Assembly (NCBI GenBank): GCA_016869275.1
Contig: VGEO01000006.1
Location: 8,251-72,250 of the forward strand
Direction: 5' to 3'
Length of the DNA: 64,000 nt
Source of the DNA: Alphaproteobacteria bacterium
Lineage (GTDB): Bacteria > Pseudomonadota > Alphaproteobacteria > SHVV01
This document shows, in pieces, positions 46,075 to 54,891 of the stretch. Within the stretch, counting starts at the first letter, position 1; the number at the start of each line of letters is the position of its first letter. The notes under the pieces are model-generated. The model did no database searches. It worked only from the letters and a program-made list of their open reading frames with translations, and was not told where the DNA came from. The position numbers were made by a program, and so were the translations under genes.

Positions 46075-46333
46075 CTGGTCACCCGCTCGTTCGGCAGCGA
46101 ACAGGCCAACGAGCTCGGAAATCGCCCCGCCGTGTTCCAGCCGATCGGCCAGAACCCGAAAACGCCAGCGCCTCGACCCGCGCCAACGCCTCGGCACCGG
46201 TCGGGCCATAGGCCATCACCCCTGGCAGCGCGACGACCTCGGCAAGTCAGCGGCCGTCAATTCCCTGCTCGGTTTCGATGGTCGGCAACGTCTGGTATCG
46301 CGCTGCGTCAAAGGTACCTACCGTTTCGGCGCG
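46075..46333 (-). pseudogene. Degraded HicB/UPF0150-like antitoxin remnant
   Basis: My minus-strand translation immediately after the MFS stop gives ...RYQTLPTIETEQGIDGR*LAEVVALPGVMAYGPTGAEALARVEALAF, with an in-frame TGA at 46247-46249. After a frameshift it continues RVLADRLEHGGAISELVGLFAAE. No start codon and no hicA partner are present. Confidence 0.4.
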
Positions 46334-47575
46334 CTACGCGCGAACCCGCTCGCTCGATGGCTTGACGTCGGTCGAACGGCTGTAGTGAAGAACGCCGACG
46401 ACGACCGTTGCCGCCACGACCAGGTACATGACGCGATAGCCGGTTTCGTTGACGCGACCCGTTGCGTCGGCAAAGGCACCGACGATGAACCCGGTGAGAA
46501 TCTGCATCACCGCGACGCCGCCCATCGTCGCCAGCGCCATGATGGTCATGCCGCGCCCGACCAAGTGGTCGGGAAAGATAGTCCGCGCATGGGTGAGTGC
46601 GACGATGTTGTAGGCGTTTAGAAACGCGACCGCGGCGAACAGGCTGGTGACCAGCCAGACCGGCGGCGACGGAACCGCGGCGAGTGCGATCAGCGCGGCG
46701 AGCGCGCCGGCGCTGCCGGCGTAGACGACGCCCTTGCGCGTGTCGAACAGACGGTCGAGCGGGCCGAAGCACAAGCTGCCCAGGATCAAGCCAACGCTCA
46801 TCCACAGCAGCACTGCGCCGCGCGCCTCAAGACCGAGCCCGTGGACGTCGTAAAGGTAGGGTCCGCCCCACAAGCCGAGGATCGTCATCGTGTTGGCGTA
46901 GCCGAAGAACTGGATCGTGAACATCGGCGGAAGCTTGGGGTTCTTGACGGCTTCGACGACCCCGCGGGCGACATCGATCAGGGAGTCTCGCCGCCGGTCG
47001 TGGAACGCGTGCCCGGGCGGCGCATCACGGACCAGCGCGAACTCCAGGAGCGCGCCGGCCGCGGCGATCAGTGCCATACCGACGAACGTCGGACGCCAGC
47101 CGGTGAGCGCCACGACCTCGGCCAACGGCTGGGTCGCGAGCAGATTGCCCAAGTTTCCAAGCGCCACCAGGGTGCCGGCAACGGTTGCGAACTGCGACGG
47201 CGGGAACCAGCGTGAGCAGACCACGAGCGCGCCGATATAGACCCCGGCACAGCCGATCCCCATGAGGACGCGGCCCGCGGTGAGCCCGAGCATGCCGGCG
47301 GCGGCGGCGAACACGAGCGAGCCGGCTACCGCGAAAAAGAGCATCGCCGGCACCGTGATCTTGGTGCCGAAGCGGTCGAGCATCATCCCGATCGGGATCT
47401 GGGCGGCCGCGAACGCGACGAAGAAAGCGCCGGTCAGCGTCCCCATCTCCGCGGACGAGAGCGCGAGGTCGTGCATCAGGTCGGGCGCGATCACCGCGTT
47501 CGAAACGCGGAAGAAGTGGCTGACGATGTAGACGACCGCGAGGACCGCGAAGATCGCGAGCGCGGCGCGCGTCAT
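46334..47575 (-). CDS. MFS transporter
   Basis: 413-aa ORF with about 12 hydrophobic segments and the MFS loop motif GMMLDRFGTK. Confidence 0.88.
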   Translation of the reverse strand: MTRAALAIFAVLAVVYIVSHFFRVSNAVIAPDLMHDLALSSAEMGTLTGAFFVAFAAAQIPIGMMLDRFGTKITVPAMLFFAVAGSLVFAAAAGMLGLTAGRVLMGIGCAGVYIGALVVCSRWFPPSQFATVAGTLVALGNLGNLLATQPLAEVVALTGWRPTFVGMALIAAAGALLEFALVRDAPPGHAFHDRRRDSLIDVARGVVEAVKNPKLPPMFTIQFFGYANTMTILGLWGGPYLYDVHGLGLEARGAVLLWMSVGLILGSLCFGPLDRLFDTRKGVVYAGSAGALAALIALAAVPSPPVWLVTSLFAAVAFLNAYNIVALTHARTIFPDHLVGRGMTIMALATMGGVAVMQILTGFIVGAFADATGRVNETGYRVMYLVVAATVVVGVLHYSRSTDVKPSSERVRA

Positions 47576-47610
47576 CGGCGGAAGGCGGCTAATCGTGCGG
47601 CGACGGACGG

Positions 47611-48477
47611 TCAGGTCGCGGCGGCCGGCTGCTCGCGCCGGACCATGACGACGAAGACGCCCGCGGTCACGAACATCAGAAGGCCGTAGATCGCGCCTGG
47701 CACCGCAATCTCGGTCGAGCGCAAGAGCGTCGTCGCAACGAAGATCGCTAGCGTCGCGTTCTGGATCCCGGTTTCGATCGAAATCGCGATGCTCTGGGCG
47801 CGATTGAGCATGAACAACCGCGCGAGGTAAAACCCGACCGCCATCATGACGATGTTGAGCGCGAGCGTGATCGGCCCGGCGGCCGTGAAATAGCGGACGA
47901 CGTTGGCGCGCTCCTGGTAGATCGCCGCAAGCACGATGACGATGAAGAGGATCGTCGCGATACGCCGTGCGATCGGCTCGAAGCGGTCGGCAAAGCCGCC
48001 GCGCCAGTGCTTGACCGCCATGCCGATCGCGACCGGCACTGTCGTGATCAGGAAGATGCTGACGATGGTGCGTGCGATCGGCAATTCGACCGCCGAGGTG
48101 ACGCCCAAGAACTGGGCGAGCGCGAGATTGACGATCACGGGCAGCGAGACGACGCTCGCGACGCTGATGACGGCGGTAAGCGAGATCGCGAGCGCGGTGT
48201 CGCCGCGCGCCAGGTGGGTCAAGAGGTTCGAGGTGACCCCGCTCGGGCAGGCGGCGATCAGCACCACGCCGACCGCAACCGCCGGTTCGACGTGCCAGAC
48301 CGTGACGATCGAGAAGCCGACGAGCGGCAGCAGCACCATCTGCGCCAGCGCGCCGACGGCGAATGCCTTGGGCGCGGTGACGACCCGTCGGAAGTCGTCG
48401 ATTACCAGCGCCAGCCCCATCGAAAACATGATGAAAGCAAGCGACAACGGCAAGAACACGTCGGTCAGGATGCCCAT
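47611..48477 (-). CDS. Bile acid:sodium symporter (BASS) family transporter
   Basis: 288-aa ORF: MGILTDVFLPLSLAFIMFSMGLALVIDDFRRV ... IAACPSGVTSN ... SIETGIQN. Confidence 0.85.
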   Translation of the reverse strand: MGILTDVFLPLSLAFIMFSMGLALVIDDFRRVVTAPKAFAVGALAQMVLLPLVGFSIVTVWHVEPAVAVGVVLIAACPSGVTSNLLTHLARGDTALAISLTAVISVASVVSLPVIVNLALAQFLGVTSAVELPIARTIVSIFLITTVPVAIGMAVKHWRGGFADRFEPIARRIATILFIVIVLAAIYQERANVVRYFTAAGPITLALNIVMMAVGFYLARLFMLNRAQSIAISIETGIQNATLAIFVATTLLRSTEIAVPGAIYGLLMFVTAGVFVVMVRREQPAAAT

Positions 48478-48551
48478 GGATCGTCCCTCTCCTCTGCTCG
48501 TTCTAAGGTGCTCGGCGCAAGAAGCTCCGGCGGAACGAGAAGTCCCTCGAA

Positions 48552-49547
48552 TTAGGCCCCGAGCGGCGTATGACAGCGCACCGAGCCAATTCCCAACGAG
48601 CGCACGGCCGGCGCCTCCTGGCGACAGCGATCATTGGCCAAGGTACAGCGCGGATTGAAGTGACAGCCCATCGGCCGGTCGATCGGGCTTGGAATCTCGC
48701 CTTGCACCGGCGTGCGCGCCCGTCCGCTCATCACGAGATCGGGAACGGCATCGAGCAACATCCGCGTGTAGGGGTGTCGGGGCAACGAGAATAGTTCGCG
48801 CGTCGGCGCGACCTCAACCAACCGGCCTAGGTAGAGCACACCGACTTCGTTCGCCATGTGGCGCACAACTGCGAGGTTGTGCGAGATGAAGAGATAGGTG
48901 AGCCCGAATTGCTCCTGGAGATCACGCATTAGATTGAGGATCTGCGCTTGGACCGAGACGTCGAGCGCGGACGTCGGTTCGTCGCACACCAGGAACTGCG
49001 GATGGCCCGCCAGCGCACGCGCAATCGCGACGCGTTGACGCTGGCCGCCGGAGAACTCGTGCGGGTACTTGAGCCCGTCGCGCGGGTCGAGGCGTACCAG
49101 CGCGAGTAATTCCCCTACCCGATTTTGTACCGCGGCCGAATCGCTTAAGAGTCCGAAGGCCCGGATCGGCTCAGCGACGATGTCGGCCACGCGCATACGC
49201 GGATTGAGGCTCGCGTAAGGATCCTGGAAGATCATCTGAAAACGGCGGCGGACTTGACGCAGCTCGGTCGGATTCTTGATCGCCGCGATGTCCAAGCCAT
49301 CGAAGCGAATGGTGCCGGCGCTGGGTGCGATCAAACCGACGATGATGCGCGCAATCGTCGACTTGCCCGAGCCCGATTCCCCCACCAGCGCGAACGTTCG
49401 CCCCGCCGGAATGGAGAACGACACGTCGTCGACAGCGTGCAGGAATTGTTGGCGATGTCCTTCGATGACCCGGTTGAGCCAGGGCTTGGACACGTCGAAC
49501 ACGCGCCGGAGCCCCGCGACTTCGAGCAGGGCGCGCCCCGCGCTCAC
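48552..49547 (-). CDS. Peptide/nickel-type ABC transporter ATP-binding protein (DppF/OppF-like)
   Basis: 331-aa ORF with Walker A GESGSGKST, signature FSGGQRQRVAIARAL, Walker B LVCDEPTSALD, and a C-terminal oligopeptide-ABC extension with a Cys motif. Confidence 0.92.
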   Translation of the reverse strand: MSAGRALLEVAGLRRVFDVSKPWLNRVIEGHRQQFLHAVDDVSFSIPAGRTFALVGESGSGKSTIARIIVGLIAPSAGTIRFDGLDIAAIKNPTELRQVRRRFQMIFQDPYASLNPRMRVADIVAEPIRAFGLLSDSAAVQNRVGELLALVRLDPRDGLKYPHEFSGGQRQRVAIARALAGHPQFLVCDEPTSALDVSVQAQILNLMRDLQEQFGLTYLFISHNLAVVRHMANEVGVLYLGRLVEVAPTRELFSLPRHPYTRMLLDAVPDLVMSGRARTPVQGEIPSPIDRPMGCHFNPRCTLANDRCRQEAPAVRSLGIGSVRCHTPLGA

Positions 49548-50557
49548 CGCGCCACCATCGCGAGATCGGGTTGGCGCAGCTGTTCATCGTCGAGCCAGCA
49601 GGCGACCTGGCTCGTCCCCACGTCACGAGCGACCGGCCGTTCGCGCCGGCAGCGATCGAAGGCGGCGGCGCAACGCGGATTGAACGCGCAGCCCGGCGGG
49701 ATGGCATTGAGGCGCGGCATCACGCCGGGAATCTGAGCCAGACGATCCGCTTCAGCCGCGGGATCGGGTATCGAGCCCATGAGGCCGCGGGTATAGGGGT
49801 GGCGTGGGGCTTTGACGACGTCGCGCACAGTCCCGATTTCGACGATGCGGCCGGCATACATCACCGCGACGCGATGGGCCAATTCGGCGATCACGCCCAT
49901 GTCGTGCGTGATCAGGATGATCGCCATGTTCTTCTCGCGACATAGGCGTTTCAAAACGCTGATGACCTGCGCCTGCACCGAGACGTCGAGCGCGGTGGTG
50001 GGTTCATCGGCGATCACTAGCTCCGGCTCGGCAGCGAGGGCCAGCGCGATGATCACACGCTGACGCATGCCGCCGGAAAACTCGTGCGGATAGGAATCGA
50101 TCCGCCGCTCGGCGGCGGGGATTCCGACTTCGACCAGGAGATCGAGCGCGCGCTGCCGGGCTTGGCCGGGCGACAACGGAAGGTGGGTCTGGATGGTCTC
50201 GATCAGCTGTTGGCCCACGGTGTAGAGCGGATTGAGCGAGGTCAGCGGATCCTGGAACACCATGCCGACGCGCCGGCCCCGGATGCGTCGCATCGCACGG
50301 CGATCGAGCTGGTCGATCCGTTCGCCGTTGAGGCGAATCTCGCCGCCCGCGATCCGTCCCGGCGGCTCGAGGAGGCCGATCACGGCCGCCCCGGTGATCG
50401 ACTTGCCGGCCCCCGATTCGCCCACCAACCCGAGGACCTCGCCCTGTCGGAGATCGAACGACACCCCGTCCACGGCGCGCAACACGACGCCTCGCCACGT
50501 TGGAAACTCCACGACCAAGTCCCGGACCGATAGAAGTGGCGTGTCGGCCATCGTCAA
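49544..50557 (-). CDS. Peptide/nickel-type ABC transporter ATP-binding protein (DppD/OppD-like)
   Basis: 337-aa ORF with GESGAGKS, FSGGMRQRVIIALAL and IADEPTTALD. It has 4-nt overlaps with both neighbouring genes. Confidence 0.92.
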   Translation of the reverse strand: MTMADTPLLSVRDLVVEFPTWRGVVLRAVDGVSFDLRQGEVLGLVGESGAGKSITGAAVIGLLEPPGRIAGGEIRLNGERIDQLDRRAMRRIRGRRVGMVFQDPLTSLNPLYTVGQQLIETIQTHLPLSPGQARQRALDLLVEVGIPAAERRIDSYPHEFSGGMRQRVIIALALAAEPELVIADEPTTALDVSVQAQVISVLKRLCREKNMAIILITHDMGVIAELAHRVAVMYAGRIVEIGTVRDVVKAPRHPYTRGLMGSIPDPAAEADRLAQIPGVMPRLNAIPPGCAFNPRCAAAFDRCRRERPVARDVGTSQVACWLDDEQLRQPDLAMVAR

Positions 50558-51519
50558 CGCAGCTTCGGGTTCAGGACGTCACGCAGCCAGTCGCCGAGCA
50601 GATTCACCGCGAGCGCCAACGCGAGCAAGGTGATCGCGGGAAACAACAGTATCCACCACTCGCCTGAAACGATGTACTCCTGTCCGATCCGGATCAGCGT
50701 TCCGAGCGACGGCTGGGTCGGCGGCACGCCCACGCCGAGAAACGAAAGCGTAGCTTCCGCGATGATGGCAAGCGCCAGTCCCAGAGTCGCGATTACAAGC
50801 ACCGGCCCCAAAACGTTGGGCAACACGTGGCGAACCATTATGATCGCCGGGTGCAGGCCGATGACACGCGCCGCCTGCACGTACTCCTTGTTGCGCTCGA
50901 CCATGGTGACGCCGCGGACCGTACGGGCGTATTGCGGCCACTCGGCGAGGCCGATCGCCAGGATCAGCACCGGGACGGCGAGTTCGTTCTGACTGCCCGG
51001 CGGGATGAACGTCCGGGTGAAACCGAAGATCATCAGCGCGACGAGAAGCGATTCGAACGTGAGCTGGATATCGGCCGTTCGCATGATCACCGCGTCGAGC
51101 CAGCCGCCGCGGTAGCCGGCGATCAAGCCGAGGGTGACACCGAGTAACATCGAGAACGCGACGGCCGCGAAGCCTACGAACAGCGACACGCGCGACCCAT
51201 AGAGTATGGTCGAGAAGACGTCGCGTCCCTGATCATCGGTCCCGAGCAGGTAGACCTTGCCGGTGAACGCGTTCGGTGTCAGCGGAGCGGTCTTGCCGTC
51301 CATCAGGTTGAGGCTACCGGGATCAAACGGATTCTGCGGCGCAATCCACGGCCCGAACACCGCCCCGAGCAACATCAGCAGAACGACGACCGCCGCGACC
51401 ATCGTAACCGGCGAGTACCGGAACGAGTGGGCAATATCCGAATCCCACGCCGACGCGAACCGCTCGCGTACCGAGGGTCGCGTGCGTATGGCCGCCGGCG
51501 TTGTCGTCATCTCGCTCAT
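50554..51519 (-). CDS. Peptide-type ABC permease (DppC/OppC-like)
   Basis: Track ORF 50554-51693. I prefer ATG 51519 (MSEMTTTPAAIR...), which overlaps the upstream gene's stop as ATGA. The BPD-transporter core includes YVQAARVIGLHPAIIMVRHVLPN. Confidence 0.88.
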   Translation of the reverse strand: MSEMTTTPAAIRTRPSVRERFASAWDSDIAHSFRYSPVTMVAAVVVLLMLLGAVFGPWIAPQNPFDPGSLNLMDGKTAPLTPNAFTGKVYLLGTDDQGRDVFSTILYGSRVSLFVGFAAVAFSMLLGVTLGLIAGYRGGWLDAVIMRTADIQLTFESLLVALMIFGFTRTFIPPGSQNELAVPVLILAIGLAEWPQYARTVRGVTMVERNKEYVQAARVIGLHPAIIMVRHVLPNVLGPVLVIATLGLALAIIAEATLSFLGVGVPPTQPSLGTLIRIGQEYIVSGEWWILLFPAITLLALALAVNLLGDWLRDVLNPKLR

Positions 51520-52499
51520 GACCGGGCCGTGGCCGGATCCGTTCTGAGCCGCGGATCGACCCGGTAGTACGCAATGTCGACCACGAGGTTGACTACCACG
51601 AAGAACGCCGCGACCAAGACGAGATAACTCGCCATCATCGGCACATCGACCGCCTGCACCGAGGCGACGAACAGGAATCCGACGCCGGGCCACTGGAAGA
51701 CCGTCTCGGTGATGATGGCGAAAGCGACGAGCGAGCCCAAGCGGATGCCCATCAGCGTGATCACCGGGATCAGCGTGTTCTTGAGGGCGTGACCATAGTG
51801 GATGGCGCGGTCGTGCAGGCCGCGCGCGCGCGCGAACTTGATGTAGTCGGTGCGTAGGACCTCGAGCATTTCGGAGCGCACCAGTCGCATGATCAAGGTC
51901 ATCTGGAATAGCCCGAGCGTGATCGTCGGCAGGACGAGCGAGCGCAGGCCGCTCGCGGTGAAGAATCCGCTCTTCCAGCCCGCCACGTCGGCAACCTGGC
52001 CCCGCCCGAAGCTCGGCAGCCAGTTGAGTTCGACCGAGAACAGAAAGATCAGCCCGATGCCGATGAGGAACGTGGGTAGAGACACACCGATAAGGGACAG
52101 CGTCATCGCCGCGTGCGAGAGCGCGCCGTCACGGTGCAACGCGGTGTAGACCCCCGCCCCGATCCCGAACACCAGCGCGAAGATCGCCGCGCACAGGGCC
52201 AATTCGAGTGTCGCGGGCAGACGTTCCCGGATCAGGTCCATGACCGGTCGGCCGACGCGATACGAAATGCCGAAGTCGCCACGCAGCGCGTTGCCGACAA
52301 ACCGCGCGAACTGAACAGGAAACGGTCGATCGATGCCCAGACGCTCGGCCATCGCCGCGCGATCGGCCATGGTCGCTTCCTGGCCGACCATGATCGAGAC
52401 CGGGTCGCCCACGAATCGAAACATCGAGAACGCGGCAAACCCTACGACCAGCATGACGAGCACGGCTTGCGCCAAGCGGCGGATCAGGAACGCGATCAT
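51516..52499 (-). CDS. Peptide-type ABC permease (DppB/OppB-like)
   Basis: 327-aa ORF: MIAFLIRRLAQAVLVMLVVGFAAFSMF ... DYIKFARARGLHDRAI. Confidence 0.9.
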   Translation of the reverse strand: MIAFLIRRLAQAVLVMLVVGFAAFSMFRFVGDPVSIMVGQEATMADRAAMAERLGIDRPFPVQFARFVGNALRGDFGISYRVGRPVMDLIRERLPATLELALCAAIFALVFGIGAGVYTALHRDGALSHAAMTLSLIGVSLPTFLIGIGLIFLFSVELNWLPSFGRGQVADVAGWKSGFFTASGLRSLVLPTITLGLFQMTLIMRLVRSEMLEVLRTDYIKFARARGLHDRAIHYGHALKNTLIPVITLMGIRLGSLVAFAIITETVFQWPGVGFLFVASVQAVDVPMMASYLVLVAAFFVVVNLVVDIAYYRVDPRLRTDPATARS

Positions 52500-52572
52500 C
52501 GCGCCGTTCCAACATGGCGGCGCCCCACCCGGACAAGGCCGGGCGGGGCGCCAAGCGTCACGTCATCGAAAA

Positions 52573-54147
52573 TCAATTGATGTACTTCACGAACAACTGA
52601 TTCTCGTCTTGGACCCGGACGTTGAAGCGGTTTTTCATGCCCCAAGCCAACGTCTGGTTGTGCAGCGGGATGTAGAGCGCCTCATCCTTCGCCCACTTCA
52701 GCACCTCGGCCATGGTCGCGTCGCGCTTCTTGAAGTCGACTTCCGCCGTCAGCGACTTGATCTTGTCGTCCATTCCTGCGTTCTTGACGCGGGTCGCGTT
52801 CCAACCGCCGCGCGAGCCCTCGCGCGAGTGGTAAAGGAACGACAACACGTATTCCGCGTCGTAGGTGGGAACGCCCCAACCGAGTAACCAGAAGTCGACT
52901 TCATTCTTCTGGATTTCTGGTGAGTGCTGCGCCATCGGTCGCGCCGCCAGGTTCACCTTGACGCCGATCTGGCCCAGGAATCCGACGACCGCCTGACAGA
53001 TCTTCTCGTCGTTGACGTAGCGGTTGTTCGGGCAGTGCAGCGTGATGCCGAAGCCGTTGCCGTAACCCGCCTGACTCATCAACGCCTTGGCGGAGTTGAT
53101 GTCCCACGTCGGGATCGCGTCGAGCTCCTTGGTGTAGCCGTGCACCGTGGGCGGGACGAGCGTGCCCGACGGGATCGACTGGCCGGCCATCACGACGGTC
53201 TTGATCGCTTCGCGATTGATCGCCATTTCCATCGCCTTGCGCACCCGCTTGTCGGCGAGCGGGTTCTTACCCTGCACGTCGTCCCATTTGAGGTCGGCGT
53301 CACCGGCGTTGAGACCGAGAAAGATCGAGCGATTCTCAAGTCCCAAGTTTACGCGTAGACCGCTGGTCTGAGACACCCGCGTGATGTCCTGCACCGGCAT
53401 GTCCTGCACGAAGTCGAGTTCCCCCGACAAGAGCGCCGCGATACGCGTTCCCGCCGCCGTGATCGGCGTGTACACGATCTCGGTAACCTTTAGCGGGAAC
53501 TCGCCCTTGCCCCAATAGTTCGGGTTGGCGCGCATGACCGTACGGACGTCGGCTTCGCGGCTCGCCAACACATAGGGCCCCGTCCCGTTGGTGTTGCGGA
53601 CGGCGAAGTTCTCTTCCTTGTTCTTGAAGTCCTGCGTCTTGACGACGTTGTTCGCCTCCGCCCACTCCTTGTCCATCATGAACATGTTGGTCAAGTTGTT
53701 GACGAGCAGCGGATTCGGTCCATCGGTCGTCATGCGCACGGTGAGGTCATCGACCTTCGTGACGCTGACAACCGAGGTGAGCAGGCCGCGCATGTCCGAG
53801 GTCTCGCCCTTCGCGCGATTGATCGAGAAGACCACGTCATCGGCGTTGAACGCGTTGCCGTTGTGGAACTTCACGTTCGGGCGCAGCTTGAACTCCCACA
53901 CGTTGCGGTCGGACGTGATCGACCACGAGACCGCGAGCGCCGGCACGATCTTCGAGTCCTGGTCGCGATGGACGAGGGGCTCGTAAATCTGGTGCAGCAC
54001 CCCGAAGTTCTGGCCCGAGTTCTGAGCGTGGGGGTCGAGCGTCGTGGCGTCCTGGCCACGCGCCCATCGAAACGTCTCGGCCTGGGCCGAGAACGCGAAG
54101 CACAAAGCGAGCGCGGTTGCGCTCGCCAACGTAGCGACTTTCCTCAT
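52573..54147 (-). CDS. ABC substrate-binding protein, family 5 (DppA/OppA-like)
   Basis: Track ORF 52573-54177. I prefer ATG 54147 (MRKVATLASATALALCFAFSAQA) because GGAGG lies 6 nt upstream. Confidence 0.9.
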   Translation of the reverse strand: MRKVATLASATALALCFAFSAQAETFRWARGQDATTLDPHAQNSGQNFGVLHQIYEPLVHRDQDSKIVPALAVSWSITSDRNVWEFKLRPNVKFHNGNAFNADDVVFSINRAKGETSDMRGLLTSVVSVTKVDDLTVRMTTDGPNPLLVNNLTNMFMMDKEWAEANNVVKTQDFKNKEENFAVRNTNGTGPYVLASREADVRTVMRANPNYWGKGEFPLKVTEIVYTPITAAGTRIAALLSGELDFVQDMPVQDITRVSQTSGLRVNLGLENRSIFLGLNAGDADLKWDDVQGKNPLADKRVRKAMEMAINREAIKTVVMAGQSIPSGTLVPPTVHGYTKELDAIPTWDINSAKALMSQAGYGNGFGITLHCPNNRYVNDEKICQAVVGFLGQIGVKVNLAARPMAQHSPEIQKNEVDFWLLGWGVPTYDAEYVLSFLYHSREGSRGGWNATRVKNAGMDDKIKSLTAEVDFKKRDATMAEVLKWAKDEALYIPLHNQTLAWGMKNRFNVRVQDENQLFVKYIN

Positions 54148-54332
54148 TGAGAGCCTCCATGTTGGGGCCTTGTCCATCCGGACACGGCGATTGGGTCAAA
54201 GTGTAGAGACGGCCTCGGAAGCCGTCAAAACACGTCGGCGCATATTCGTTCTCCGTGCCGCGATCGGCGGCACGGTTCTTGCTCCGTTCTACTCAGTACG
54301 AACCGGTTGGGGGCTGGGCTTAGCGACGGCCT

Positions 54333-54626
54333 TCAGCCGCTGTGCGAGCCGATCTCGGTCAGGCTCGCAAAGCGCGGATTAACGGCGCAGCGCTCCCTGA
54401 TGGTGCCGGCGAAGCGCTGGAACGCCGCCACTTTGGCGAGCGGATTGCCGCGGCCCGACATCTCCGCGATGTGGACGAATGACTGGCCGTCATCGAGCTT
54501 GAACGCGCGGTAGCGCAGGCCCTTGACCTTTTTCCGCTTCATTTCCCGGAATGCCGCCTTGATCAGGCGCTCGTTCTCGCGGACGCGATTCTTCTTCACC
54601 TTGTAACGGACCATCAGGCGGCGCAT
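54333..54626 (-). CDS. Small hypothetical protein (possibly ABM/dimeric alpha-beta-barrel-like)
   Basis: Track ORF 54333-54638. ATG 54626 (MRRLMVRYKVKKNRVREN...) is preceded by GGAGA. It is Lys/Arg-rich and visibly lower in GC than its neighbours. The family assignment is tentative. Confidence 0.45.
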   Translation of the reverse strand: MRRLMVRYKVKKNRVRENERLIKAAFREMKRKKVKGLRYRAFKLDDGQSFVHIAEMSGRGNPLAKVAAFQRFAGTIRERCAVNPRFASLTEIGSHSG

Positions 54627-54662
54627 CGCAATCTCCACGGAGGTAAAAGATCAGGAGAGAAA

Positions 54663-54740
54663 TGGGGCGAGCGACCGGATTCGAACCGGCGACATCCAGA
54701 TCCACAATCTGGCGCTCTAACCAACTGAGCTACGCCCGCC
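54663..54740 (-). tRNA. tRNA-His (anticodon GTG) with encoded G-1, C73 and CCA
   Basis: My reverse complement is GGCGGGCGTAGCTCAGTTGGTTAGAGCGCCAGATTGTGGATCTGGATGTCGCCGGTTCGAATCCGGTCGCTCGCCCCA. It folds as a cloverleaf with a 7-bp acceptor stem, a GCTC/GAGC D-stem, a CCAGA/TCTGG anticodon stem with loop TTGTGGA, and a T-arm GCCGG-TTCGAAT-CCGGT. Confidence 0.93.
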
Positions 54741-54891
54741 ACGGCCTTGCGGCTGATCCTTCTGTAACGCCTCGGCCAAAGCGGCGTCAAGCGAACGCCG
54801 GAGCCTTGTTCGGACGCGGTCGATTTGCCAAGGTGCGCCCTCGTGGCCTCGCGCCGCAGTGGCCGTTGTGCCGATTCCGATGGAACACACC

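Noticed and set aside
46247-46336. Stop-codon read-through extending the MFS transporter into the in-frame HicB-like sequence.
   Set aside because: The shared frame appears coincidental. A second in-frame TGA and a frameshift follow within about 90-180 nt. Nothing suggests recoding signals.
52573-54740. A genomic island integrated at tRNA-His.
   Set aside because: There is no integrase, no direct repeat of the tRNA 3' end that I could find, and no mobility genes. The adjacent genes are an ordinary Dpp-type ABC operon of similar composition, apart from one small lower-GC ORF.
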